A DNA stretch of 64,000 bases from a bacterium (GCA_965205865.1 CBDBHR010000030.1:832001-896000), one strand, 5' to 3'. Shown: positions 53,617-63,059, numbered from the stretch's first letter. The notes: generated by a model from the sequence alone, not told the origin. Program-made: numbers and translations.

Positions 53617-55458
53617 CTAAAACCCCATTTCCTTCTTCAGCTCCTGGTCAATCCAGAGGCGGGCGAAAACGATCATGCGGTTAGCACCATCCAGAGTGGT
53701 TTCACCGTTATAACCTTTGACCCACGGCCAAGACGCATTGAACTCCGGTACTTTCGTACCCCACAGCAGCAAGTGGTTCTCTACAATGTACATATTTGCC
53801 TCTTTAACCGCCCGCTGCTGCTCCTCAATAGTCTGCGCCGCTACGACGGCTTCATACAAGGCCTCATACGCCGGGTTCATGCCTCCGGGCAAGTTCATCC
53901 CTTGTACCGAAAAGGGCCGTATTGACCCGAGCACATTAGGATAATCTAAGCCCGAAACCGTCCAGGCCAGACCTTTAAAATCATGTCCTGAGGAAACACG
54001 AGCGGCATAAGTAGGGGCGTCCACGACATCAATCGCTACCTCAACGCCAATCTTCGCCCAGTAGGCGACCACTAATTCGGTATAGTCCACGTTCTGGTGG
54101 ACAACGCTGTGGACGACATCGGTCTTGAACCTCACGCCGTCCGGGCCACGTGGATATCCAGCCTCATCCAGGAGCTCCTCGGCCCTTTTCGGGTTATAGG
54201 TATATTCTTGCTGAAGCGCTTCGGGCCACTCTTCAAAGGGGGTGTTGTACCCAACGACGCCATCCCCAATGCGGCCCTGAGGTTTCCACAATCCGTAGCC
54301 GTTATAGAAGGTGTTGTTAATGGTCTCGTGGTCCAGCGCCATCTGCATGGCCTTGCGAACCCTGATGTCGCTAAATGGTGACTTGGTCGTTTCCACAGCA
54401 TAAGCCGTATTAGACCGGTAGGCAAACGGCCAAAGCTCGATTTCGGGGTTGGTCCGGTGGAGGCTCTCTACCTGGTCGGTAGACTGGATAACAGTACCGC
54501 CGGGGTAACCTATGATATCAACCCTACCCGAGCGGAGTGCCGCAATATATGTTGCCTCTTCTTTCATAATCAGCGTACTTATCTCGTCAATATAGGGCAA
54601 GCGGTTCTGGGGGTATTTTTCGTCGGTGCCCCAGTAGTCAGGATTCTTGGTCCAGGTCATCGAGCTGCCCTCGAGATAGTCCGTCAGCTCATAGGGACCG
54701 GTGCCGACTACGTTCCGCCAATCCTTCATGTCACCGTATTGCTCGATGACCTCGGGGGGCAGTACATATTGAGTAAAGTGGTCTAGGAACTGCAACAGCA
54801 GACCGAGTCTTGGTTCTTTCAGTTTGATCACAACCGTCCATTTGTCGGTGGCCGTTATCGATTCGACCGGTTCGCCAGCCCACGGCCAATAGAGTACCGG
54901 TGGCTTGTTTTCCGCTGTGAAACCGCTGCCCAGACCGAATGCTCGGTGCAAGTTGTATTCGACATCCTTGGCAGTCAGCTCCCGACCGTTCATCGGTGCC
55001 TTGTTATGCCAGTGAACGCCCTGGCGGATGTTGAGGATGATAGTTAGTGGGTCGGGTTGCGACCAGCTTTCCGCCAACTGCCCTTTCATGGCAAACAGAG
55101 GACGAAACACGGGTGATCTAATGTCAAGTTCGTTCCGATCAATTCCCCAGTTCACGATGGCGAGCGTCTCTACCACACCACCGATGCCAAACATCGCCCA
55201 AGGATGGAACAAGGAGTCAAAATTCGGAGGCGGGATCTTCGAAGCATAGGTCAATCTCCCGCCATACTCTGGCGCGGTCACCACCTTGCCGGTGGAGGGG
55301 TCGGTCACGTACTTCTTCTCCGCAGCGGCTGTCGGGCCGACCCAGAGGGTTGCGCCCAGAATGAAAGCCAGCAGCACCGAGAGGAGTTTCATGGCAGACC
55401 TGGGGCCTGCCGGGTTCAGCCCCACGAAGGAGGCGACAAGTTTTTTTATAATACTCAT
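53617..55458 (-). CDS. Family-5 SBP with constant leader (no adjacent permease)
   Basis: MSIIKK start; SBP family-5 motifs. Confidence 0.9.
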   Translation of the reverse strand: MSIIKKLVASFVGLNPAGPRSAMKLLSVLLAFILGATLWVGPTAAAEKKYVTDPSTGKVVTAPEYGGRLTYASKIPPPNFDSLFHPWAMFGIGGVVETLAIVNWGIDRNELDIRSPVFRPLFAMKGQLAESWSQPDPLTIILNIRQGVHWHNKAPMNGRELTAKDVEYNLHRAFGLGSGFTAENKPPVLYWPWAGEPVESITATDKWTVVIKLKEPRLGLLLQFLDHFTQYVLPPEVIEQYGDMKDWRNVVGTGPYELTDYLEGSSMTWTKNPDYWGTDEKYPQNRLPYIDEISTLIMKEEATYIAALRSGRVDIIGYPGGTVIQSTDQVESLHRTNPEIELWPFAYRSNTAYAVETTKSPFSDIRVRKAMQMALDHETINNTFYNGYGLWKPQGRIGDGVVGYNTPFEEWPEALQQEYTYNPKRAEELLDEAGYPRGPDGVRFKTDVVHSVVHQNVDYTELVVAYWAKIGVEVAIDVVDAPTYAARVSSGHDFKGLAWTVSGLDYPNVLGSIRPFSVQGMNLPGGMNPAYEALYEAVVAAQTIEEQQRAVKEANMYIVENHLLLWGTKVPEFNASWPWVKGYNGETTLDGANRMIVFARLWIDQELKKEMGF

Positions 55459-55589
55459 AATAACCTCTTTTATTTGAGGGTTTTGAGAATGATTCACCCG
55501 CTGTGGGGCGAATCGGAGTTTCGCGGCGGACACGACGTCTGCCACAGGAAGCTCTCCAAGAGGGCGAAAAGTTTCTTCGCGAGCATCTT

Positions 55590-55872
55590 CATCCGGACTA
55601 TTTTTTTGACCAGAATGGGTCTTTTTTGAGGAAAATGAGCGTTTGGAAACCGAGCCCTTCTATTTAACGTACCAAGAGCCAGAATCTGACAAAAAAAATC
55701 AAATTTTCTCAAAAATTTCCTGAAATTGCTTTCTTTTTTTGATCAGAATGGGTCTTTTTTGAGGAAAATGAGCGTTTGAAAACCGAGCCCTCCTATTTAT
55801 ATAACGTACCAAGAGCCAGAATATCACCAAAAAAATCAAATTTTCTCAAAAATTCCCCGAAATCGCTCTCTG
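55590..55872 (-). repeat. Tandem promoter repeats (2 units)
   Basis: Same unit; proximal copy has a small deletion beside the -10 box. Confidence 0.9.
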
Positions 55873-56441
55873 GCGCGGTACAACTGTTGGGCGATCCGGT
55901 GCTTTTCCGTTTGGCTCAGTTCCTCTATGGGAAGCGCCAACTCCTCGGCGGCAAGGGCTTGCAGGGACAGCCTGTCCCAATAGCAGCGGCGCAGCAGCCG
56001 AGCGGTCTGGGGATGCTCGTCTTCCAGTTGTCTCAGGGCCCCTCCTACCCGGTCAATCTTCTCTTCCTGCAATTCCGCCGACTGGGCCTCCCACCAGGCC
56101 TGCATAGAGCGCAGCTCATCCACCTCTTCCGGGGCAGCGACTTCCGGCTGCCGTTTGGCACGTCTGATTTGGTCCAGCAGATGATTCTGAACGACTCTGT
56201 ACAGCCAACCCTGGAAGGCTTTATCGGCCTCGCCTTGGAATTTCTCCAGCTTGCTCTCCCACAAATTCTTCCAGATTTCCTGAACCACCTCATCCGTCTG
56301 ATGGAGGCTCCGATACTTGCCAATCAGCGATTGGGCAGTGTGGACGATATATGCCCTGTAGTGTTGGTACAACTCCTCAAAAGCGTCTTCCTTCCCTTGA
56401 ACGGACCCCTCCAGCAGTTCCCGCAATGTTTTCCGGTTCAT
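55836..56441 (-). CDS. ECF-type sigma factor (intact)
   Basis: 201 aa, near-identical to 51352-51957. Confidence 0.85.
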   Translation of the reverse strand: MNRKTLRELLEGSVQGKEDAFEELYQHYRAYIVHTAQSLIGKYRSLHQTDEVVQEIWKNLWESKLEKFQGEADKAFQGWLYRVVQNHLLDQIRRAKRQPEVAAPEEVDELRSMQAWWEAQSAELQEEKIDRVGGALRQLEDEHPQTARLLRRCYWDRLSLQALAAEELALPIEELSQTEKHRIAQQLYRARERFRGIFEKI

Positions 56442-56780
56442 CGTTGGACTCGGTTTTGAGTTTCAGCCAAGAACGCACAAGAACAGCCTCAATATAGGAA
56501 AAGCAAGAGGGAAACGCAAGGTGGGGAAAACCGGCCTTGCCGTGGAAACCGTTTGCAACTGATTTGGAGTCCTTTTTGTTCTAATTGTTCGGCGACTGTC
56601 ATAAGAACCTCGTGAGCCTCTTCATAGCTGAGCAGGTTTTTCACTTGCTGAACCACTTCCTCTTCTTTGAGGTGGGAACTGGCTTTGAATAAATAGTAGA
56701 GTACCTCCTCAAGATACCGCAAACCACTGCCTTCTTCAAATAGTTTTTCAAACAAAGGCCAGATGACCGTGGCTAATTGA

Positions 56781-57062
56781 ATGAAAGGTGGCTACGCGCC
56801 ATGGGCCTTCACCAGTCCCGTTCTTGAGAAGCTGGTCATCGGGAACTGGGCAATAGATAGAGAAGAACATGGCTGGAATACAACGTACGTACCTCTCTCC
56901 ACCCTAAAAGGGGCACTGGCTGAAAGCTGGGAAATGCCCGACGCCACAACGATAGTCTACCACATCCGCCAGGGCGTTCACTGGCACAATAAGCCCCCAA
57001 TGTCCAGTCGGGAGCTAACTGCCGATGATATCGTATTTAACTATCATCGTTATTTTGGTCTG
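56781..57062 (+). pseudogene. Inverted internal SBP fragment ending at the MITE (shorter copy at 33750-33808)
   Basis: VLEKLVIGNW...LAESW..VHWH..NYHRYFGL. Confidence 0.85.
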
Positions 57063-57338
57063 AAATCCGGGGACAGTTACTAATTAATTGCAATGGATTC
57101 CTTCATTTGATAATGGTTGTAAATAATTATCGAGCATTGAATTTTCACTTCAGCAATGGGAGGTAAGCTAGCCAGGTTAGCGAGAGTGGTACTTCCAGGG
57201 GTCCCCCATCATGTCACCCAAGGAGGGGTTCGCTCCATAAAAATCTTTTCAAGTGACGAGGATCGCAGAGAGTATCTCTCTCTGCTCAACGCGCATGGAG
57301 AAAAAGAAAGATAAAAATTAGTAACTGTCCCCGGATTT
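57063..57338 (+). mobile_element. 276-bp RAYT-derived MITE (copy 2)
   Basis: Identical to 52149-52424. Confidence 0.88.
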
Positions 57339-57377
57339 TTTGATTTTTTGGCGCGTCGCGTAATAATAAAAGTAAAT

Positions 57378-57440
57378 TGGTGGAGGTGGCGGGAACGGTC
57401 CGCCGCTGCGACGGTCCGTCGTTACGGTCGAACCCGCGTC
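57378..57440 (-). other. tmRNA 3'-end att-like fragment with T-loop insert (copy 3)
   Basis: Same 63 bp; TTTGCTAAT direct repeat at 57472-57491. Confidence 0.78.
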
Positions 57441-57536
57441 AATCCCTTGATTAACAAGGTTTTGCAGGGGGTTTGCTAATCATTTGCTAATCCTTGGTTA
57501 TTGGCTTTGTCGGCCTCATAGATGAGGGGGAGCCTC

Positions 57537-58505
57537 CTAAGAGAAAGGGTTGATCAGTCTGGAGAGGAATCCTCGTTTGCGTTTCATCTTCACAGTGCCG
57601 TAACTGCCCTCACCTCCCCGCAGCCTGGGGTCGAGGAGGTCCCTGAGGGCGTCGCCGAACATATTGAGACTGAAAACGACCAGCGTCAGGCACAGCCCCG
57701 GCCAGAGCGCCAGCCGGGGCGCCTGCTCCATGTAGCGACGCCCTTCACTGCTGAGCATAGCCCCCCAGCTGGGAACCTTGGGCGGCAGACCGAATCCGAG
57801 AAAGCTCAGTGACGCTTCGGCAATGATGACCCCGCCGATGTTGATGCTGAAGATGATGATGAGGGGCGCAATGATATTGGGCAGGACATGGCGGATCAGG
57901 ATTTGGCGCGTGGGGATGCCCACGGCCCTGGCTGCCAGAAAGTAATCATTCTCTTTAATACCGATCACGGCACCTCTTACTGTTCTTGAGCCGACGATGC
58001 CTCCGGTGATCCCCAGGACCACGATGATCTGGGGCAAACCCCGCCCCACGAGGGACATGATGGTCAACAAAAGCAGCAGCCCCGGGAAGGCCATCCAGGC
58101 ATCAACAAATCTTTGCACCACCAGGTCCACTTTCCCTCCCAGGAATCCGGAGAGACTGCCGATCAGGACCGCGATGATCACATTGAGCGCCGTCGCGGAC
58201 AGTCCAACGGTTAAGGAGATTTGAGCCCCAAAGAGCAGGCGGCTCAGCAAATCCCGCCCCAACTGGTCGGTTCCCAGCAGGTACTGCTCGGAGGGCTGCT
58301 GCATTCTGTCAAGAATGTTGACTTCATCATGGGGAAAAGGCGCCAGCACCTCGGCAAAGACCGCCACCAAAATGAAGAGCAGGACGATGATTCCGCAGAA
58401 CGTCCCCAGCGGTTTCTCCTTGAGAAGCCTGACGAAGAAATCCACCAGCCCGGCACGCCGATTGGGCGCACTGACGGCGGAGGGTGCCTCTGTGGCATTG
58501 CTCAT
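57537..58505 (-). CDS. DppC-like permease
   Basis: Full-length paralog. Confidence 0.92.
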   Translation of the reverse strand: MSNATEAPSAVSAPNRRAGLVDFFVRLLKEKPLGTFCGIIVLLFILVAVFAEVLAPFPHDEVNILDRMQQPSEQYLLGTDQLGRDLLSRLLFGAQISLTVGLSATALNVIIAVLIGSLSGFLGGKVDLVVQRFVDAWMAFPGLLLLLTIMSLVGRGLPQIIVVLGITGGIVGSRTVRGAVIGIKENDYFLAARAVGIPTRQILIRHVLPNIIAPLIIIFSINIGGVIIAEASLSFLGFGLPPKVPSWGAMLSSEGRRYMEQAPRLALWPGLCLTLVVFSLNMFGDALRDLLDPRLRGGEGSYGTVKMKRKRGFLSRLINPFS

Positions 58506-58528
58506 ATTAAGGCTTTTCGCGCCAGCGA

Positions 58529-59488
58529 CTATTCATAGCGCACCCGCGGGTCCAAGAAGGCATAGAACAGGTCGATAAATAGATTGATCCCCACCACGCC
58601 CGTGGCGAAGAACAGGTTGATTCCGGAAACCATCGGGTAGTCTCGGTCATTGAGGGCATTCAGCAAGAGACGCCCGAGCCCCGGCAGGTTGAAGATGTTC
58701 TCCATGATCACGGAGCCCCCCACCAGAATCGGCAACTGCAAGCCGATCAGGGTGATAACCGGGATGAGGGCATTCTTGAGGGCGTGTCTGATCACCACAA
58801 CCCGCTCCCTAAGCCCCTTGGACCAGGCGGTGCGGATATAGTCCTGCCTCAGCACCTCCAGCATCATCGTGCGCATCATCCGCATGGTCGCAGCCGCCGA
58901 GGCCGTTCCCAGAATCAGGCTGGGGATGAAGAACCCCCAGAGATTCCCCAGCGGGTCCTCTGTGAAAGGAATCAGCTCCAGCGGCGGCGACCAGCCCCAC
59001 CAGATGGCCGGGTAGATCATCACCATAATGCCCAGCCAGAAGTTCGGCGTAGCCAAGCCGATGATGGCGGCAGAGCGCCCCAGGTAGTCGGCGGCCGTAT
59101 CCTGGCGCATCGCCGAGTAGATGCCCACCGGCAGCGCGATCACGAGCCCGATGAGGATGGCCAGGACACCCAGCTCAAGGGTGACCGGCAGTCTCTCTAA
59201 GATTGCCTCCTCTACCGCATAACTGGTCAGCAGGGACTCGCCTAGAGAGCCGTTCAGGAGAATATCGCCGATCCAGCGTCCATACTGCACCCAGGCAGGC
59301 ACATCCAATCCCAGCCGACGCTCCAACGCTTCCCGGTCAATCCCCCCCGATTCTGCGTATTGCATTCTCCCTTCCAAGACGTCGATGACATCGCCGGGGA
59401 TGAAGCGGACCGAGAGAAAGACCAGGATGGTCAATATAAACAGGGTGGGGATTATGAGCAATAACCGCCTGATGATATAAGCTCTCAT
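58529..59488 (-). CDS. DppB-like permease
   Basis: Full-length paralog. Confidence 0.93.
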   Translation of the reverse strand: MRAYIIRRLLLIIPTLFILTILVFLSVRFIPGDVIDVLEGRMQYAESGGIDREALERRLGLDVPAWVQYGRWIGDILLNGSLGESLLTSYAVEEAILERLPVTLELGVLAILIGLVIALPVGIYSAMRQDTAADYLGRSAAIIGLATPNFWLGIMVMIYPAIWWGWSPPLELIPFTEDPLGNLWGFFIPSLILGTASAAATMRMMRTMMLEVLRQDYIRTAWSKGLRERVVVIRHALKNALIPVITLIGLQLPILVGGSVIMENIFNLPGLGRLLLNALNDRDYPMVSGINLFFATGVVGINLFIDLFYAFLDPRVRYE

Positions 59489-59514
59489 GTGACACTCCTC
59501 ATCGCGATTTCCCT

Positions 59515-59830
59515 GTCATTGCCAACCCTCTTTTGTCATTGCGAGCCCCGATTCTATTGTCCCGACTCGGAAGTTCGTTGCATAAATCGCATCGTGTTCT
59601 GGAGGGGGCCTGTGGTTCGACAGGCTCACCACGAACGGGAAAATCCAACACCCCGTGAACGGGAAAATCCAACACTCCGTTCGCCCTGAGCCCGTCGAAG
59701 GGCAGCCGAAGGCTTTCTCTTTGTTAAGCGCACTTCTGAGACAGTAGACTATCGGGGCTTCGTCAAGTTCCTTCACTGCCTCTTCGCTGCACTCAGAGCT
59801 TCGGTTCAGGACAAGCCTCGCAATGACAGT
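59515..59830. repeat. Nested REP cluster in the SBP-dppB spacer
   Basis: GTCATTGCGAG...CTCGCAATGAC outer pair; inner TTCGACAGGCTCA..CGAACGG / CCGTTCG.CCTGAGCCCGTCGAA pair. Confidence 0.7.
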
Positions 59831-59933
59831 AAGAAAGGCCCCCTCTCATTATTCAATGAGTAAGGGAGCTGGGAAGCCTGAGCCTCCCAGCTCCCTTTTG
59901 CCCTATGGTCAGCAGCCACAAGGGGTGAAACCC

Positions 59934-61754
59934 CTAATGACCCATTGCTTCCTTTAGCTCACTATCAATCCAGAGGCGGGAGAAGATGGTGGTATATTGA
60001 CCGGCTGCCAACCTCTTTTCACCGTTATAACCTATGACCCACGGCTGCACCGCAGCATACTGTGGGGCCATAGGACCCCATATCGTCCAGAACTTCTCTA
60101 TCCCATACTGATCCAGCTCTTTAACTATCCTGTTCTGCTCCTCGAGGGTGGTAGCGGCTGCGGCGGCCTTATGCATGGCGTCATAATCCGGGTCTTGTGG
60201 GTTGGAGGTGTTCCATGATAGGCCCATCGTATATTTCATCTGCACTACCAATGGGAACCACGTATTGGCCGCTTCCGCACTAATCATTTCGAAATCCCTC
60301 TCAGTTCTTCTAGAGGCAAAGACAGCTGATGGCACTACATCAATCTCCACATCAACGCCAATCTTATTCCAGTATGAAGCGACTAATTCTACATAGTTCA
60401 AATCGTACCGCTCGAGGTGCATCAACCCGGTCTTAAATCTAATGCCGTCGGCGCCGCGAGGATACCCGGCCTCATCAAGCAACGCTTCGGCACCTTCCGG
60501 GTCGTAGTCAAAGACCTTCTTGACATCTTCGGGCCAATCTTCAAATTGGGTGACAACCGCTGAAAAAGAACGGTTTTGCTGCCCCTGAGGTATTATATCT
60601 GCATAACCCTTATAGTAGGCGTTGTTGATTGTCTCGAGGTCAATTGCCATCTGCATTGCCTTGCGCACCCTGATGTCGTCAAAGGGCGGCAACTGAACGT
60701 TCATGCCAAAAGAATTTTCCGACCGTTCTGACGACGTGTGGATTACGAGTTCGGGGTTGGTCCGCTGGAGGCTCTCTAGCTGGTCGAGACTCCTCATTTG
60801 AGCCGCCCCGATCACACCTATGTAATCAACCTTACCCGTGCGCAGTGCCGCCATATATGTTGCCACTTCGGGCATAATCAGGGCCCTTAACCGGTCAATA
60901 TAGGGCAAGCGGTTCTCCGGGTACTTTTCGTCGTAGCCCCAGTAGTCAGGATTCTTGTCCCAGGTGACAGAGCTGCCCTTGACCCAGTCAGTCAGCATAA
61001 AGGGACCGGTGCCGACCAGGTTCCTCCAATCCGTAACGTCCCCGTGTTCCTTGATTACCTCGGGGGGATATATCCAGGCAAGCCTGCCGTCGAGGATATG
61101 AGTCAGCGCACCGAGGTTTAGCTCCTTCAGCTTAAAAACAACCGTCCATTTGTCGGTGGCCGTTATCGATTCCACTTGCACACCCTTCCACTCAGCATGT
61201 TCGCTACCTTCGGTGAAACCGCTGCCGAGTCCCAAGATACGGTGATAGTTGTACTCGATATCGTCGGCAGTCAGCTCCCTACCGTTCATCGGTGGCTTAT
61301 CGTGCCAGTGAACGCCCTGGCGGATGTGGATGGTATAGGTGAGGCCGTCCTCGGAAATATCCCAGCTTTCCGCCAGAGACCCTATCGTGTTAGTTGGAAC
61401 GTTGAGAAACATGAAATCATATTTGTCCCTGGGCGTTGCCCAGTCCCCAATGGCCAGCTTCTCTAAAACGCCAGAGACGTAGGCCATCGCCCACATACCA
61501 CTGACCACGGTGTCAGGACCTGCCGCCTCTTCTTTTCGGGCGAAGGTCAATGTCCCGCCATACTCAGGTGCGGTCACGACCTTACCTGTGCTGGGGTCCG
61601 TCACATACTTCTTCTCCGCAGCGGCTGTCGGGTCGACCCAGAGGGTTGCGCCCAGAATGAAAGCCAGCAGCACCGAGAGGAGTTTCATGGCAGACCTGGG
61701 GCCTGCCGGGTTCAGCCCCGCGGTGGAGGCGACAAGTTTTTTTATAATACTCAT
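59934..61754 (-). CDS. Family-5 SBP with constant leader
   Basis: MSIIKK start; SBP family-5 motifs. Confidence 0.9.
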   Translation of the reverse strand: MSIIKKLVASTAGLNPAGPRSAMKLLSVLLAFILGATLWVDPTAAAEKKYVTDPSTGKVVTAPEYGGTLTFARKEEAAGPDTVVSGMWAMAYVSGVLEKLAIGDWATPRDKYDFMFLNVPTNTIGSLAESWDISEDGLTYTIHIRQGVHWHDKPPMNGRELTADDIEYNYHRILGLGSGFTEGSEHAEWKGVQVESITATDKWTVVFKLKELNLGALTHILDGRLAWIYPPEVIKEHGDVTDWRNLVGTGPFMLTDWVKGSSVTWDKNPDYWGYDEKYPENRLPYIDRLRALIMPEVATYMAALRTGKVDYIGVIGAAQMRSLDQLESLQRTNPELVIHTSSERSENSFGMNVQLPPFDDIRVRKAMQMAIDLETINNAYYKGYADIIPQGQQNRSFSAVVTQFEDWPEDVKKVFDYDPEGAEALLDEAGYPRGADGIRFKTGLMHLERYDLNYVELVASYWNKIGVDVEIDVVPSAVFASRRTERDFEMISAEAANTWFPLVVQMKYTMGLSWNTSNPQDPDYDAMHKAAAAATTLEEQNRIVKELDQYGIEKFWTIWGPMAPQYAAVQPWVIGYNGEKRLAAGQYTTIFSRLWIDSELKEAMGH

Positions 61755-61886
61755 AATAACCTCTTTTATTTGAGGGTTTTGAGAATGATTCACCCGCTGT
61801 GGGGCGAATCGGAGTTTCGCGGCGGGCACGGCGCCTGCCACGGGGAACTCTCTGCAGAGGGCGAAAAGTTTCTTCGCGAGCATCTT

Positions 61887-62322
61887 CATCCGGACTATTT
61901 TTTTGACCAGAATGGGTCTTTTTTGAGGAAAATGAGCGTTTGGAAACCGAGCCCTTCTTTATATAACGTACCAAGAGCCAGAATATCACCAAAAAAATCA
62001 AATTTTCTCAAAAATTTCCTGAAATTGCTCTCTGTCATCCGGACTATTTTTTTGACCAGAATGGGTCTTTTTTGAGGAAAATGAGCGTTTGGAAACCGAG
62101 CCCTTCTATTTATATAACGTACCAAGAGCCAGAATATCACCAAAAAAATCAAATTTTCTCAAAAATTTCCTGAAATTGCTTTCTTTTTTTGACCAGAATG
62201 GGTCTTTTTTGAGGAAAATGAGCGTTTGGAAACCGAGCCCTCCTATTTACATAACGTACCAAGAGCCAGAATATGACAAAAAAATCAAATTTTCTCAAAA
62301 ATTCCCCGAAATCGCTCTCTGG
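61887..62322 (-). repeat. Tandem promoter repeats (3 units; periods 149 and 137 bp)
   Basis: GACCAGAATGGGTC three times. Confidence 0.92.
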
Positions 62323-62890
62323 CGCGGTGCAACTGTTGGGCGATCCGGTGCTTTTCCGTTTGGCTCAGTTCCTCTATGGGAAGCGCCAACTTCTCGGCGG
62401 CAAGGGCTTCAAGGGACAGCCCGTCCCAATAGCAGCGGCGCAGCAGCCGAGCGGTCTGGGGATGCTCGTCTTCCAGTTGTGTCATAGCCTCTCCTGCCCG
62501 CTCAATCTTCTCTTCCTGCAATTCCGCCGACTGGGCCTGCCACCAGGCCTGCATAGAGCGCAGGTCATCCACCTCTTCCGGGGCAGCGAGTTCCGGCTGC
62601 CGTTTGTCACGTCTGATTTGGTCCAGCAGATGATTCTGAACGACTCTGTACAGCCAACCCAGGAAGGCTTTATCGGCCTCGCCTTGGAATTTCTCCAGCT
62701 TGCTCTCCCACAAATCCTTCCAGATTTCCTGAACCACCTCATCCGCCTGATGGAGGCTCCGATAATTGCCAATCAGCGATTGGGCAGTGTAGACGATATA
62801 TTCCCTGTAGTGTTGGTACAACTCCTCAAAAGCGTCTTCCTTCCCTTGAACGGACGCCTCCAGCAGTACCCGCAATGGTTTCCGGTTCAT
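62285..62890 (-). CDS. ECF-type sigma factor (intact, most diverged copy)
   Basis: 201 aa. Confidence 0.85.
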   Translation of the reverse strand: MNRKPLRVLLEASVQGKEDAFEELYQHYREYIVYTAQSLIGNYRSLHQADEVVQEIWKDLWESKLEKFQGEADKAFLGWLYRVVQNHLLDQIRRDKRQPELAAPEEVDDLRSMQAWWQAQSAELQEEKIERAGEAMTQLEDEHPQTARLLRRCYWDGLSLEALAAEKLALPIEELSQTEKHRIAQQLHRARERFRGIFEKI

Positions 62891-62996
62891 CGTTGGACTC
62901 GGTTTTGATTTTCAGCCAAGAACGCACAAGAACAGCGCTTGCTAGCTCTAAAACCGACTCTGCGATTATGAGAAAAATGCGAAATAGACTGAGACT

Positions 62997-63059
62997 GGAT
63001 AACTGGGGAAAAAACCAACTGACTCGCTACGCTCGCAGGTGAACTTTATCTCGTTAGCT
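62997..63059 (+). other. Orphan attC-like site
   Basis: GGATAAC...CTGACTCGCTACGCTCGCAGGT...GTTAGCT. Confidence 0.5.

Noticed and set aside
61887-62322. Tandem repeats as a CRISPR array
   Set aside because: Units are ~140-150 bp, contiguous, lack unique spacers, and there are no cas genes.
19545-62940. Whole array as a pure assembly artefact
   Set aside because: Each platform copy has private SNPs, indels, repeat numbers and breakpoints, which argues for real paralogs. Individual joins still need long-read confirmation.
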